The notes under the pieces were generated by a model, which worked only from the letters and a program-made list of their open reading frames with translations, ran no database searches and was not told where the DNA came from. The position numbers and the translations under genes are program-made. A DNA stretch of 64,000 nt from Nitrososphaerota archaeon (GTDB lineage: Archaea > Thermoproteota > Nitrososphaeria > Nitrososphaerales > Gagatemarchaeaceae). The stretch is taken from positions 23,918 to 87,917 of the forward strand of contig JAGWHB010000006.1 in NCBI GenBank assembly GCA_028867035.1. The letters are read 5' to 3'. Below, piece by piece: positions 18,433-27,200 of this stretch; the first letter of the stretch is position 1, and every line of letters begins with the position of its first letter.

Positions 18433-19434
18433 ATGCTTGCGGCGTCGCAGAAGGCGAGGGTCGGGGAGACCGCCCTCACCGTAAGCAAGGTCGGGCTCGG
18501 TGGGGCACCGCTAGGAAACCTCTACCAAGCCGTCCCCGGGCGGCAGGCCGTAGCGACGGTAGAAAGGGCAGTTGACGTCGGGTTCACTCATATCGACACA
18601 GCTCCCCTCTATGGTTTCGGATTGAGCGAGGAGAGAATAGGACAGGCTCTGAAAGGTCGAAGCAGAGACGAATACACAATATCCACAAAGGTGGGGAGAC
18701 TAATCGTTCCAGCTGGAGGAGCCCCCTCCACCGCCGAGGTCTACTGGGCAGCCCCCCGCCACTTCGAGGCAGTCTTTGACTTCTCGTCGACAGGAATCAA
18801 GAAGTCGATTGCAAGTAGTAAGCGCCGGCTTGGAATCGAAGACATCGACATGCTCTTGATTCATGACTGTGACGAGCACGTGGAGGAGGCCTTGGGCGAG
18901 TCCTACCCGGTCCTCGGAAGAATGAGGGAAAGGGGGGAGGTCAAAGCTGTCGGGGCCGGCCTGAACAGCTATGAGACCGCATTGAAGCTCGCGAAGAGTG
19001 CCCACTTCGACTGCTTCCTCCTCGCGGGGAGATACACTTTGTTGGAGCAGGGAGCGCTGAACGAGTTTCTCCCGTTTTGCCACGACAACAAGATAGGTGT
19101 AATCATCGGAGGCCCCTTCAACAGCGGCATCCTCGCTTCCGACAAGATCTCCCCGGGGGCCAGATACGACTACTCGACGGCCTCGAAGGATGTGCTGACC
19201 AAGGCAAGGCGAATCGAGAAAATCTGTCTCCGCCACCATGTGCCGCTCCGGGCCGCTGCCCTTCAGTTCGTGCTTGCCAACCCTGTGGTGACCTGCGTCA
19301 TCCCCGGGTGCAGGTCGCCCCGCGAGGTCGAGAGCAATGCCCGGGCTCTGAACGTGAGGATTCCCAGGCCGGTGTGGGACGAACTCAAGGAGGAAGGCTT
19401 GGTAGCAGATGATGCGCCCACACCAAATGGATAG
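18433..19434 (+). CDS. Aldo/keto reductase (candidate aldose 1-dehydrogenase)
   Basis: 333 aa. AKR tetrad context: IDTAPLYG (Asp, Tyr), STKVG (Lys), LLIHD (His). Confidence 0.88.
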   Translation: MLAASQKARVGETALTVSKVGLGGAPLGNLYQAVPGRQAVATVERAVDVGFTHIDTAPLYGFGLSEERIGQALKGRSRDEYTISTKVGRLIVPAGGAPSTAEVYWAAPRHFEAVFDFSSTGIKKSIASSKRRLGIEDIDMLLIHDCDEHVEEALGESYPVLGRMRERGEVKAVGAGLNSYETALKLAKSAHFDCFLLAGRYTLLEQGALNEFLPFCHDNKIGVIIGGPFNSGILASDKISPGARYDYSTASKDVLTKARRIEKICLRHHVPLRAAALQFVLANPVVTCVIPGCRSPREVESNARALNVRIPRPVWDELKEEGLVADDAPTPNG

Positions 19435-19738
19435 ACTGTCCCATCAGTTGACTTGGTCAATCGTCTTCTAAAATCCAACTGACAGCGGCTGGCCGAACCT
19501 GCAACTGTCGAATTGAGACATGGCAAGTCGAAGACGATTTAAGAAAGCCCGGGACTTGGACTGCCAAGATGCTCGGGTCATTTGCTCGCGGAGCAGGCAA
19601 AAGCATGCGGGCGAACGCGGTGGCGAGCATCATGTTCGACTCGACGGAGAGAGGGGCCACCATGGACGAGATAATCGCGTTCGGGACAGCAGTCGTGGTC
19701 TCACCTGCGGTCGGCACGCAGGACCTCGTCAAGCTCAG

Positions 19739-20158
19739 TTAGAGCGCGTCAGAAAGGGACGAGAGCGTCTCCATCACCGACAGAGTGCTCTGGAAGAGCT
19801 CCGTCTGCGTCACCCGCCCAATGATCTTCCCCTTCTCCACGACGAACAGCCGCCGTATGTCCTTCGCAGCCATGAGGTCCATGGCGTCTCTGATGGTGGC
19901 CTCGGGCCCTATGCTGATTACCGGAGAGGAGGCTATGCTTCCGACTGACGTCTTGGCCGGGTCCAGGCCCTTGGCCAGGCATCTCCGGAGCACGTCCCGT
20001 TCTGTTACGACCCCCTCCGGGAGGCCCCTCTTCTCCACGATCAGGGACCATACTTTGTTCTCGACCATGCTCTTGATCGCCTTGGCGACGGTCGCGCCGG
20101 CATCCAGTGAGTGGACCTTCGTGTCCATGATGTCCTTGACCTTCAGTGTTATCGGCAT
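19739..20158 (-). CDS. CBS-domain pair protein
   Basis: 139 aa with two CBS repeats (VKDIMDTKVHSL.., ..IRDAMDLMAAKDIRRLFVV). Confidence 0.85.
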   Translation of the reverse strand: MPITLKVKDIMDTKVHSLDAGATVAKAIKSMVENKVWSLIVEKRGLPEGVVTERDVLRRCLAKGLDPAKTSVGSIASSPVISIGPEATIRDAMDLMAAKDIRRLFVVEKGKIIGRVTQTELFQSTLSVMETLSSLSDAL

Positions 20159-20258
20159 CTTGCTTCGGGGCCGCCGCGGCTGAGCCTGCTCTTAACCATG
20201 GCAGTCGATTCCCAATTTAGGTATCAGAGTTTTAGGCGGGTGCCCCTATGCCCGGGCA

Positions 20259-21410
20259 ATGAAGGGAGCGCTTGCGGGCGTCAAAGTGGTAGAGCTCGGG
20301 ACCTACGTCGCGGCACCGGCCCTTGGAAGCATGCTCGGGATCCTGGGCGCCCAGGTCGTCAAGGTGGAGCCCCCCGAGGGAGACCCCACAAGGAAGACTA
20401 CCCCATGGAGCTGGGCGAACTACAACTGGAACAAGAAGAGCGTGGCCCTGGACCTGAAGTCACGTGATGGCTCGGAAGCCATCAGGAGGCTGCTCCGGGA
20501 AGCGGACGTCTTCGTCGAAAGCCTCTCGCCTAGGGCGATCCGCGAGCTCGGGCTCGGATTCGCGTATGTGAAGAAGCTCAACTCCAGGATAATCTACTGC
20601 TCGATCAAGGGGTTCGCCAGCGACAGCGCGTCCTCGGAGAGGGTCGGCTTCGACACCATCGCCCAGGCGGAGGGGGGTCTCATGCACGTCGCGGGGGGCT
20701 GGGGGAGGCCGGCAAGGGTGGGCAACCCATGCGTGGACCTGACAGCTGCCAACTTCGGCGCCATCGGAATCCTTGCCGCGATGCTCAGAGAACCGCGGAA
20801 GGCGGCCTTCGTCGAGGTCCCGCTCCTGGACGTCGTCGTATACTGGAACGGGTACTGGCTCCCTTACATAGACGTGAACGGGAAGGAACCGACGGACCTC
20901 GGGAGCAGCCATCCGGGATTCTCTCCATACGGCGTATTCGAGACGAGCGACGGCTTCGTGTTCCTCGGCGTGCTAACAGATGCGATCTGGAAGAAGCTTG
21001 TCGCCAAGCTCGGGCTCCCGGACCGACCAGAGTATGGGGAGGCGAGAGGCAGGATCTCTTCGAGGGAAGAAGTGAACAGGATCGTCCAGGAGAAGGTGGG
21101 AGCGCTTACCACCAAGTCGCTGTTGGCGGCCCTGGGTGAAGACGTACCATGCGCAAGGGTCAGCTCCCTGATGGACATCTATGGGGACCCCGAGCTCAGG
21201 GACAGAGGTGTCCTGAGGAAGGTGGACGTAGGCGGGCGCCGGGCTTCGGTGGCCCTCCCACCTTTCCTTCGGACTCTGGTGCCCATGGAAGACCTGGGCG
21301 GCCCCAGGGAGGTGGGAGCCGACAACGGTCTTGCGGAGGGCTTGAAATTAGTGAAGAAGCGGATTTCTTCTCGGGCGCGAAGCCCCTCATCGGTTAGGCC
21401 AAACCGTTAA
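20259..21410 (+). CDS. Family-III CoA-transferase (CaiB/BaiF)
   Basis: 383 aa. N-terminal LAGVKVVELGTYVAAPALGSMLGILGAQVVKVEPPEGDPTR is the family hallmark. Confidence 0.88.
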   Translation: MKGALAGVKVVELGTYVAAPALGSMLGILGAQVVKVEPPEGDPTRKTTPWSWANYNWNKKSVALDLKSRDGSEAIRRLLREADVFVESLSPRAIRELGLGFAYVKKLNSRIIYCSIKGFASDSASSERVGFDTIAQAEGGLMHVAGGWGRPARVGNPCVDLTAANFGAIGILAAMLREPRKAAFVEVPLLDVVVYWNGYWLPYIDVNGKEPTDLGSSHPGFSPYGVFETSDGFVFLGVLTDAIWKKLVAKLGLPDRPEYGEARGRISSREEVNRIVQEKVGALTTKSLLAALGEDVPCARVSSLMDIYGDPELRDRGVLRKVDVGGRRASVALPPFLRTLVPMEDLGGPREVGADNGLAEGLKLVKKRISSRARSPSSVRPNR

Positions 21411-21446
21411 TAGACGTCCGGCGCCCCAAAAAGCGGCAGTCCAACT

Positions 21447-22724
21447 ATGTATGAAAAACGTGTAGGACTGACGACAAAAGCGACAGCGATCATTGTAATC
21501 GTAATCCTAGTCGTAGTCGGCGGCGCGGCAGCCTACTACTACACACTTCCTACCACTACACCACCGTCTCAGAGAGGCATCATCAAGGTCGGGTTCTCCA
21601 TCTCGCAGACTGGCAACTTCAACGTCGAGGGAGGCAAGTCCCTCGCCGGCATTCAGGCAGCGGCCAAGTGGGTCAATGACAACGGCGGGGTGACGGTCGG
21701 CGGCAAGGCATACAACATCTCGCTCGTCTACTACGACGATGCGAGCACCACCGGCAACATCGTCCCGCTCTACACCAAGCTCATAACCCAGGACGGAGCG
21801 CAGTTCCTCCTGGCGCCATACAGCAGCGGCCTGACAGCGGCCGCCGCGCCGCTCGCTGATCAGTACAAGCTGATCATGCTATCCCATGGAGGCGCTTCGG
21901 ACAGCATCTGGACCAAGGGCTACAAGAACGTCTTTGGAGTCCTGAGTCCGGCGTCCGGCTACCTCAAGACCGCCATCGACTACCTGAAGGCCAACCATCC
22001 CACAGACAAGCTCGCCTTCCTCTACGCGAACGACGCGTTCTCGACCGTAGTCGGAGCAGCGGCATCCAACTATGCAAAGTCTCAGGGGCTCGACGTGGTC
22101 TACAACTCCTCCTACCCAGGGACGACCACCGACCTATCTCCGCAGCTCACCGCAGCGAAGGCTGCTGGGGCTGACGACGTCCTCGGAGGCGGTCACTTCA
22201 ACGACGGCCTCCTGATCATGCATCAGCTGAACTCGGTGGGCTGGACCCCCAAGTTCGTCTCACTGCTGGTGGCCGTGACTGAACCACAGTTCCAGTCACA
22301 GCTCGGCGCTTCGGCAAACCTGGTCACCGGTCCGTCCCAGTGGGAGACCACGGTCAACTACAGCCCATCTACAGCGTCAACGGCAGGCATCACATACTTC
22401 GGCCCGACAGAGGCCCAGTTCACCTCATACTATGCGAAGTATGATACGACAGGGCCGACCTATCACTCGGGCGAAGCGGGTGCATCCATAATCGTCCTCG
22501 CGGACGCCATCCAGACAGCCAACAGCATGAACACCACACTAGTAGCCAGCGCACTTCATGGCTTGCACATCATGACTTTCTTCGGACAATTCCAAGTAGA
22601 TTCAACGGGGAAGCAGACGGCCCACGCCATGGTCCTTGACCAGTGGCAGAGCGGAACCCTCGTTGTGGTTGCACCTAGCACCGCGACGTCAGGGTCCGTC
22701 GAATATCCATACACAGGCAGTTAA
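21447..22724 (+). CDS. Liv-type (branched-chain amino acid / organic acid) ABC substrate-binding protein, N-terminally anchored
   Basis: 425 aa. N-terminal TKATAIIVIVILVVVGGAAAYY + TTTPP linker, then a type-I periplasmic-binding-fold-like body. Heads the livHMGF genes. Confidence 0.8.
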   Translation: MYEKRVGLTTKATAIIVIVILVVVGGAAAYYYTLPTTTPPSQRGIIKVGFSISQTGNFNVEGGKSLAGIQAAAKWVNDNGGVTVGGKAYNISLVYYDDASTTGNIVPLYTKLITQDGAQFLLAPYSSGLTAAAAPLADQYKLIMLSHGGASDSIWTKGYKNVFGVLSPASGYLKTAIDYLKANHPTDKLAFLYANDAFSTVVGAAASNYAKSQGLDVVYNSSYPGTTTDLSPQLTAAKAAGADDVLGGGHFNDGLLIMHQLNSVGWTPKFVSLLVAVTEPQFQSQLGASANLVTGPSQWETTVNYSPSTASTAGITYFGPTEAQFTSYYAKYDTTGPTYHSGEAGASIIVLADAIQTANSMNTTLVASALHGLHIMTFFGQFQVDSTGKQTAHAMVLDQWQSGTLVVVAPSTATSGSVEYPYTGS

Positions 22725-22730
22725 CGGGGA

Positions 22731-23615
22731 ATGGTCGCTCCCTCCCTTATTTTTTCTGACCTAGTGTTCGGACTGCTCCTCGGTTGCGTCCTTGCCGTCG
22801 TGGCCCACGGGCTCAACGTGATATGGGGCGTCGTGAAGGTGGTGAACATAGCCCACGGCGAGTTCATCATGCTTGGAGCCTACGGCGCTTATTTCCTCAA
22901 CCTCTTCGGAGGGATCAATCCGCTGGAGAGCGCGGCTGTGGACGCGGTCATCGGGTTTGGCGTAGGATATCTGTTCTACTACGGGTTCCTCCACCGCGAG
23001 CTCCGGGGGAAGGAGACCGTGACCCTGCAGAGCGAGATGGTGACCCTGGTCGCCACCTTCGGCCTGAGCCTGGTGGTGAGCGACCTCGCCCTGATCGTTT
23101 TCAGCGGGAACGTGGTCGGCATAAACTACAACCCGGGCACCCTGGTGTTCGGGTCGCTTGATGTCCCTCTGGGCGGTCTGTATGTAGCGATAGTCTCCGT
23201 CCTGATCATAGCGGGGACATACTTCTTCCTCGAACGCACTTTCATCGGCACCCTCATCCGGGCCTACAGCCAGGACGTGACGGCGACCGAGCTGGTCGGC
23301 GCCAATCCGGCGAAGATAGCGTCTCTGGCGACCGCCCTGGGCTTCTCGATAACGATGGCAGGGGGAGCGCTGCTGACAGTCTTCGTGTCCGTGGGGATCA
23401 ACCCCCTGATGGGCACGCTCTATGCCCCGATCAGCTTCGTGATAGTGGTAATGGGGGGCCCCGGGAAGATGTGGGGGAGCCTGGTGGGAGGACTGACCAT
23501 GGGGGTCGTCTTTGACGTCCTCCAGGCCGTCGCGACACCGCAGATAGCCTTCGCCACAGGCTTCCTGCTGCTGATCCCCGTCCTCCTCTTCCGCCCGGAG
23601 GGGATCCTGAAGTGA
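22731..23615 (+). CDS. livH: Branched-chain-type ABC permease (LivH-like)
   Basis: 294 aa, multi-TM, with a typical LivH N-terminus (NVIWGVVKVVNIAHGEF). Confidence 0.88.
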   Translation: MVAPSLIFSDLVFGLLLGCVLAVVAHGLNVIWGVVKVVNIAHGEFIMLGAYGAYFLNLFGGINPLESAAVDAVIGFGVGYLFYYGFLHRELRGKETVTLQSEMVTLVATFGLSLVVSDLALIVFSGNVVGINYNPGTLVFGSLDVPLGGLYVAIVSVLIIAGTYFFLERTFIGTLIRAYSQDVTATELVGANPAKIASLATALGFSITMAGGALLTVFVSVGINPLMGTLYAPISFVIVVMGGPGKMWGSLVGGLTMGVVFDVLQAVATPQIAFATGFLLLIPVLLFRPEGILK

Positions 23616-24577
23616 CCCGCGGGCCCGGGCCTACCCTCTATGGTCTGTTCGCCGTGATGGCGGCGTTCGCCGCGGCGGCGGTGTTGTTCGGCGTGTCGGC
23701 CCAGGTCATACTCGTGAACCTGCTAATCTTTGCCGCCCTCGCCTATTCCATCAATTTCATCACCGGGATGACGGGCTACGTGAGCTTCGGCCACGTCGCA
23801 TTCATGGCGATCGGGTCCTACTCGCTGGCCGTGCTCGTCAGCGGCTACAGCGCGAGCCCATTCGAAGGGGTGGCGCTAGGGGCGGTCCTGGGACTCCTCT
23901 TCGCCCTCGGCATAGGTCTGGTCACGCTGAGGTTCAGGGGGGTCTACTTCGCTATCTCGAGCCTGGTGCTCGCCCTGGCCGGGTACAACATCGTCCTGCA
24001 GTTCCCGCAGTTCGGGCCCGGGGGGGAGCTGATCTTCAACATACCTTTCCGGCCGCTCACCGTCTACTTCACAATCTGGGGGATAGTGATGGCGGAGATA
24101 GTGCTGACGTACTTCATCAACAGGGGGAAGATAGGCTACGGCATCAGGGCAATCAAGAGCGAGGAGGACGCAGCGGCGGCGGCCGGAGTAAACTCGATGA
24201 GGCTGAAGCTCTACGTGTTCATGCTCAGCGGGCTCTTCGCCGGGGCGGCGGGGGCCGTCAACGCATGGTCGAACTTCGGGGTGAACGCCTCGTCTGCCTT
24301 CGACCTGACATTCTCGCTGCAGATGCTCGCCATGATAATCGTCGGGGGGATGGGGACGTCGATCGGGCCCCTGCTCGGCGCCAGCATAGTGTACCTGCTC
24401 TACTATGAGCTGCTGACGGTCCCCAGGATTCAGATAGGGTCGTTCGCAGTCCAGATACAGGGTGCGCAGTTCCTCATCGTAGGGGCGGCGGTAATAGTGA
24501 TCGCACTCTTCGTCCCCGACGGCATCATCGGAATAATCAGGAGGAAGTACGTGAAGCTGAGGCCGGTGGTCGAGTAG
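23612..24577 (+). CDS. livM: Branched-chain-type ABC permease (LivM-like)
   Basis: 321 aa, multi-TM (TGYVSFGHVAFMAIGSY). 4-nt overlap with livH. Confidence 0.88.
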   Translation: MTRGPGPTLYGLFAVMAAFAAAAVLFGVSAQVILVNLLIFAALAYSINFITGMTGYVSFGHVAFMAIGSYSLAVLVSGYSASPFEGVALGAVLGLLFALGIGLVTLRFRGVYFAISSLVLALAGYNIVLQFPQFGPGGELIFNIPFRPLTVYFTIWGIVMAEIVLTYFINRGKIGYGIRAIKSEEDAAAAAGVNSMRLKLYVFMLSGLFAGAAGAVNAWSNFGVNASSAFDLTFSLQMLAMIIVGGMGTSIGPLLGASIVYLLYYELLTVPRIQIGSFAVQIQGAQFLIVGAAVIVIALFVPDGIIGIIRRKYVKLRPVVE

Positions 24578-25312
24578 ATGCCGAAGGTCGAAGTGGCGGA
24601 CGTCTACAAGAACTTCGGGGGGGTGCAGGCCCTGAAGGGAGTGTCATTCACCCTGGGGGAGTCGGCGGTGCTGGGGCTCATCGGGCCGAACGGCTCAGGG
24701 AAGTCCACCCTGCTCAACATAATCGCAGGTCTCCAGAAGCCGACGTCGGGGGCGATCAGGCTGGACGGGAAGAGCATAGGCGGGCTCAGGGCGGACAGGG
24801 TGGTGGGGTTGGGAGTGGCCAAGACGAGCCAGATCCCCAAGCCGTTCGTGAACATGGACGTGAGGGAGAACGTGGCGGTCGCAGCACTATATGGGAGGAG
24901 GTTCCGCTCGGTCGGCCCCGCCCTTGAGGAGGCCGACAGGACGCTGACCCTGGTCAGGATGCAGGAGAAGAAGGATGCGCCTGCGGACAGCCTGACGACC
25001 CAGGAGAAGAAGCGACTGGAGCTGGCGAAGTCAATCGCCACGGGGGCGAAGGTCCTGCTCCTCGACGAGGTGTTCGCCGGGCTGTCGGCCGAAGAGCTGA
25101 GGGATTCGGTCGAGCTCTTCAGGAAGCTGCACTCCGAGCTGCGGTTCTCGGCCCTGGTGGTGGAGCATGTGATGAGGGCCGTGCTCAACGTCTCTGAGAA
25201 CGTGGTGGTGCTGGAGGAGGGGCAGGTAATCGCATCGGGCAGCCCGGAGCAGATCGTCCACGACGAGAAGGTCGTCCAGGCCTACCTCGGGAGCAAGCGC
25301 GTTGACACTTGA
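24578..25312 (+). CDS. livG: Branched-chain-type ABC ATPase (LivG-like)
   Basis: Walker A GPNGSGKST, Walker B LLLDEVFAG. Confidence 0.9.
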   Translation: MPKVEVADVYKNFGGVQALKGVSFTLGESAVLGLIGPNGSGKSTLLNIIAGLQKPTSGAIRLDGKSIGGLRADRVVGLGVAKTSQIPKPFVNMDVRENVAVAALYGRRFRSVGPALEEADRTLTLVRMQEKKDAPADSLTTQEKKRLELAKSIATGAKVLLLDEVFAGLSAEELRDSVELFRKLHSELRFSALVVEHVMRAVLNVSENVVVLEEGQVIASGSPEQIVHDEKVVQAYLGSKRVDT

Positions 25313-26012
25313 GCTCAAGGCGGTGAACTCCGGGTACGGCCAGACCCAGATAATCAGAGACGTCTCGATGAGCTGCAGGGACGAGTCGATCACTGTCGTC
25401 GTGGGGCCCAACGGCGCAGGGAAGACGACCACCCTGAAGACAGTCAACGGGCTCATAGGGGCCTGGAGCGGCTCGATAGTGTTCCAGGGGGAAGACGTCA
25501 CAAGGCTCAGGGCGTTCGAAAGGGTCGAGAGAGGTATGGCTTCGTGCCCGGAGGGGAGGAGGCTCTTCCCCAGGCTGACCACGGAGGCGAACCTCAGGCT
25601 CGGTGCATACTCCAAGAGGGCGAGGAAGTCGGTGGAGGAGACCCTGGAGGACGTCTACGGGCTGTTCCCCAGGCTGAGGGAGAGGGCAGGGGTCGCCGCT
25701 GGGAGGCTGAGCGGCGGGGAGCAGCAGATGGTTGGGATCGGGAGGGCGCTGATGGCGAAGCCTTCGCTGGTGGTGCTGGACGAGCCCTCGCTGGGACTGT
25801 CGCCGAAGCTGGTCGGGGAGATATTCGAGAAGACCCAGGAGCTCAGGAAGAGGGGGCTCTCCGTCCTCCTGGTGGAGCAGAACGCGTTCCAGGCGCTCCA
25901 GATAGCGGACTACGCCTACGTCATGCAGGAAGGGAAGGTCGTCAACGAGGGGCCGCCTTCGAAGCTCATGGACCAGGAGGAGCTGAAGAAGGCGTACTTC
26001 TCAATCGAATGA
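25302..26012 (+). CDS. livF: Branched-chain-type ABC ATPase (LivF-like)
   Basis: Walker A GPNGAGKTT, signature LSGGEQQMV, Walker B VVLDEPSLGL. Confidence 0.9.
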   Translation: MTLELKAVNSGYGQTQIIRDVSMSCRDESITVVVGPNGAGKTTTLKTVNGLIGAWSGSIVFQGEDVTRLRAFERVERGMASCPEGRRLFPRLTTEANLRLGAYSKRARKSVEETLEDVYGLFPRLRERAGVAAGRLSGGEQQMVGIGRALMAKPSLVVLDEPSLGLSPKLVGEIFEKTQELRKRGLSVLLVEQNAFQALQIADYAYVMQEGKVVNEGPPSKLMDQEELKKAYFSIE

Positions 26013-26018
26013 GCGCCC

Positions 26019-27176
26019 ATGGGTCCAGGCTACAGGGCGTTCACCCTCTTTCTGTTCAACTCTTGCCTGGCTGTGTTCCTTTCCTACGGGATATTCTTCG
26101 GTAAGGTCTCGTCGGAGTTCGGCCTTCCGGCGTCGGCGACGTCGTTCGTCTTCGGAGTATTTGCCGTCTTCTTCTCGGTCTCCTCCCTCCTGCTCGGCCT
26201 TTTCATGAACAGGAGCGGGCCGGGGAAGACGATACTCGTGGGCGGGGGGCTGATGGGAGCGGGGCTCGTCCTGTCCTCGGTGGCCAACACATACGCACTG
26301 CTCGTGCTGACCTACGGTGTGATAGGGGGCCTCGGATCGGGCTCGATGTGGATGCCCACCTCGTACGTGGTGTTCGACAGCTTCGACTCTGGGAGCGTCA
26401 ACAAGGTGGTCGGGCTGGTGAGCGCCGGCACGGCGACCGGGCTCCTCTTCTTCCCTCCCTTCGAGAGCTACCTCATCGCTGCCCTGGGCCTGAACACAGC
26501 GTTCCTTTCGGTCGGGGTGGTGATACTGGCTTTCACCGCCCTCGCATACCTGTCTTCGAGGAAGAGCAGGACGACCTCCAAGTTCGATCTGAAGAGGGCC
26601 TTCGCGAGCCTCAGGACGAGGCGCTTCGGCTTTCTCTACACCTACTATGCCGCCGGCAACGCCTTCTCCAGGACCCTGGTGCTGATCTTCCTGGTGCCGC
26701 TCTTCGCGAGCAGGGGGCTGGAGCCGGCGGGAGCGATCGCCCTCTCGCTGATCGGGGTGGGGAGCATGGCGGGGAGGCTGACGTCCGGGGTGAGGAGGAT
26801 CAGCGAGGAGTCGATGGCTGCCGTGGGGTTCATACTGCAGGGGGGGTCGGCGGCGGCGCTTTATTTCGCCAATGACCTGGTGACGATCGGAGTCTCTGCC
26901 CTGGTTTTCGGGATCGGGTACGGGACCTACATACCTGAGTTCGCCCTCCTGGTGAGGAAGTACTACGGGGTGGAGTATTACGGCACGATCTTCGGCACCC
27001 TGCTGACCAGCTTCGGGATAGGCGCTTTCGTCGGCCCGGTCTTCGAAGGGGTGTCGGTGTCGTCGTCTGGGGGGTACCTTCCCGGCTTCGCGCTCGCGGC
27101 GGTCGTGAGTCTCCTGGTCGGCGCCCATCTTCTCATCTTGGGATCGAAGGGACGATTAGGGCCGAACTCTAAATAG
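26019..27176 (+). CDS. MFS transporter (oxalate/formate-antiporter-like / monocarboxylate-type)
   Basis: 385 aa, about 12 TM, OFA-like N-terminal half. Confidence 0.8.
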   Translation: MGPGYRAFTLFLFNSCLAVFLSYGIFFGKVSSEFGLPASATSFVFGVFAVFFSVSSLLLGLFMNRSGPGKTILVGGGLMGAGLVLSSVANTYALLVLTYGVIGGLGSGSMWMPTSYVVFDSFDSGSVNKVVGLVSAGTATGLLFFPPFESYLIAALGLNTAFLSVGVVILAFTALAYLSSRKSRTTSKFDLKRAFASLRTRRFGFLYTYYAAGNAFSRTLVLIFLVPLFASRGLEPAGAIALSLIGVGSMAGRLTSGVRRISEESMAAVGFILQGGSAAALYFANDLVTIGVSALVFGIGYGTYIPEFALLVRKYYGVEYYGTIFGTLLTSFGIGAFVGPVFEGVSVSSSGGYLPGFALAAVVSLLVGAHLLILGSKGRLGPNSK

Positions 27177-27200
27177 CAAAACGGGGCAAGTTCGCTCCGC

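Noticed and set aside
19452-19742. Small overlapping ORFs on both strands between the AKR and CBS genes: a 91-aa minus-strand ORF at 19457..19732, and an unlisted 57-aa plus-strand ORF from ATG 19569 (MLGSFARGAGKSMRANAVASIMFDSTERGATMDEIIAFGTAVVVSPAVGTQDLVKLS).
   Set aside because: Neither shows a motif I recognise, they exclude each other, and there is no promoter-like box. This could be a gene remnant, but I cannot support a call.
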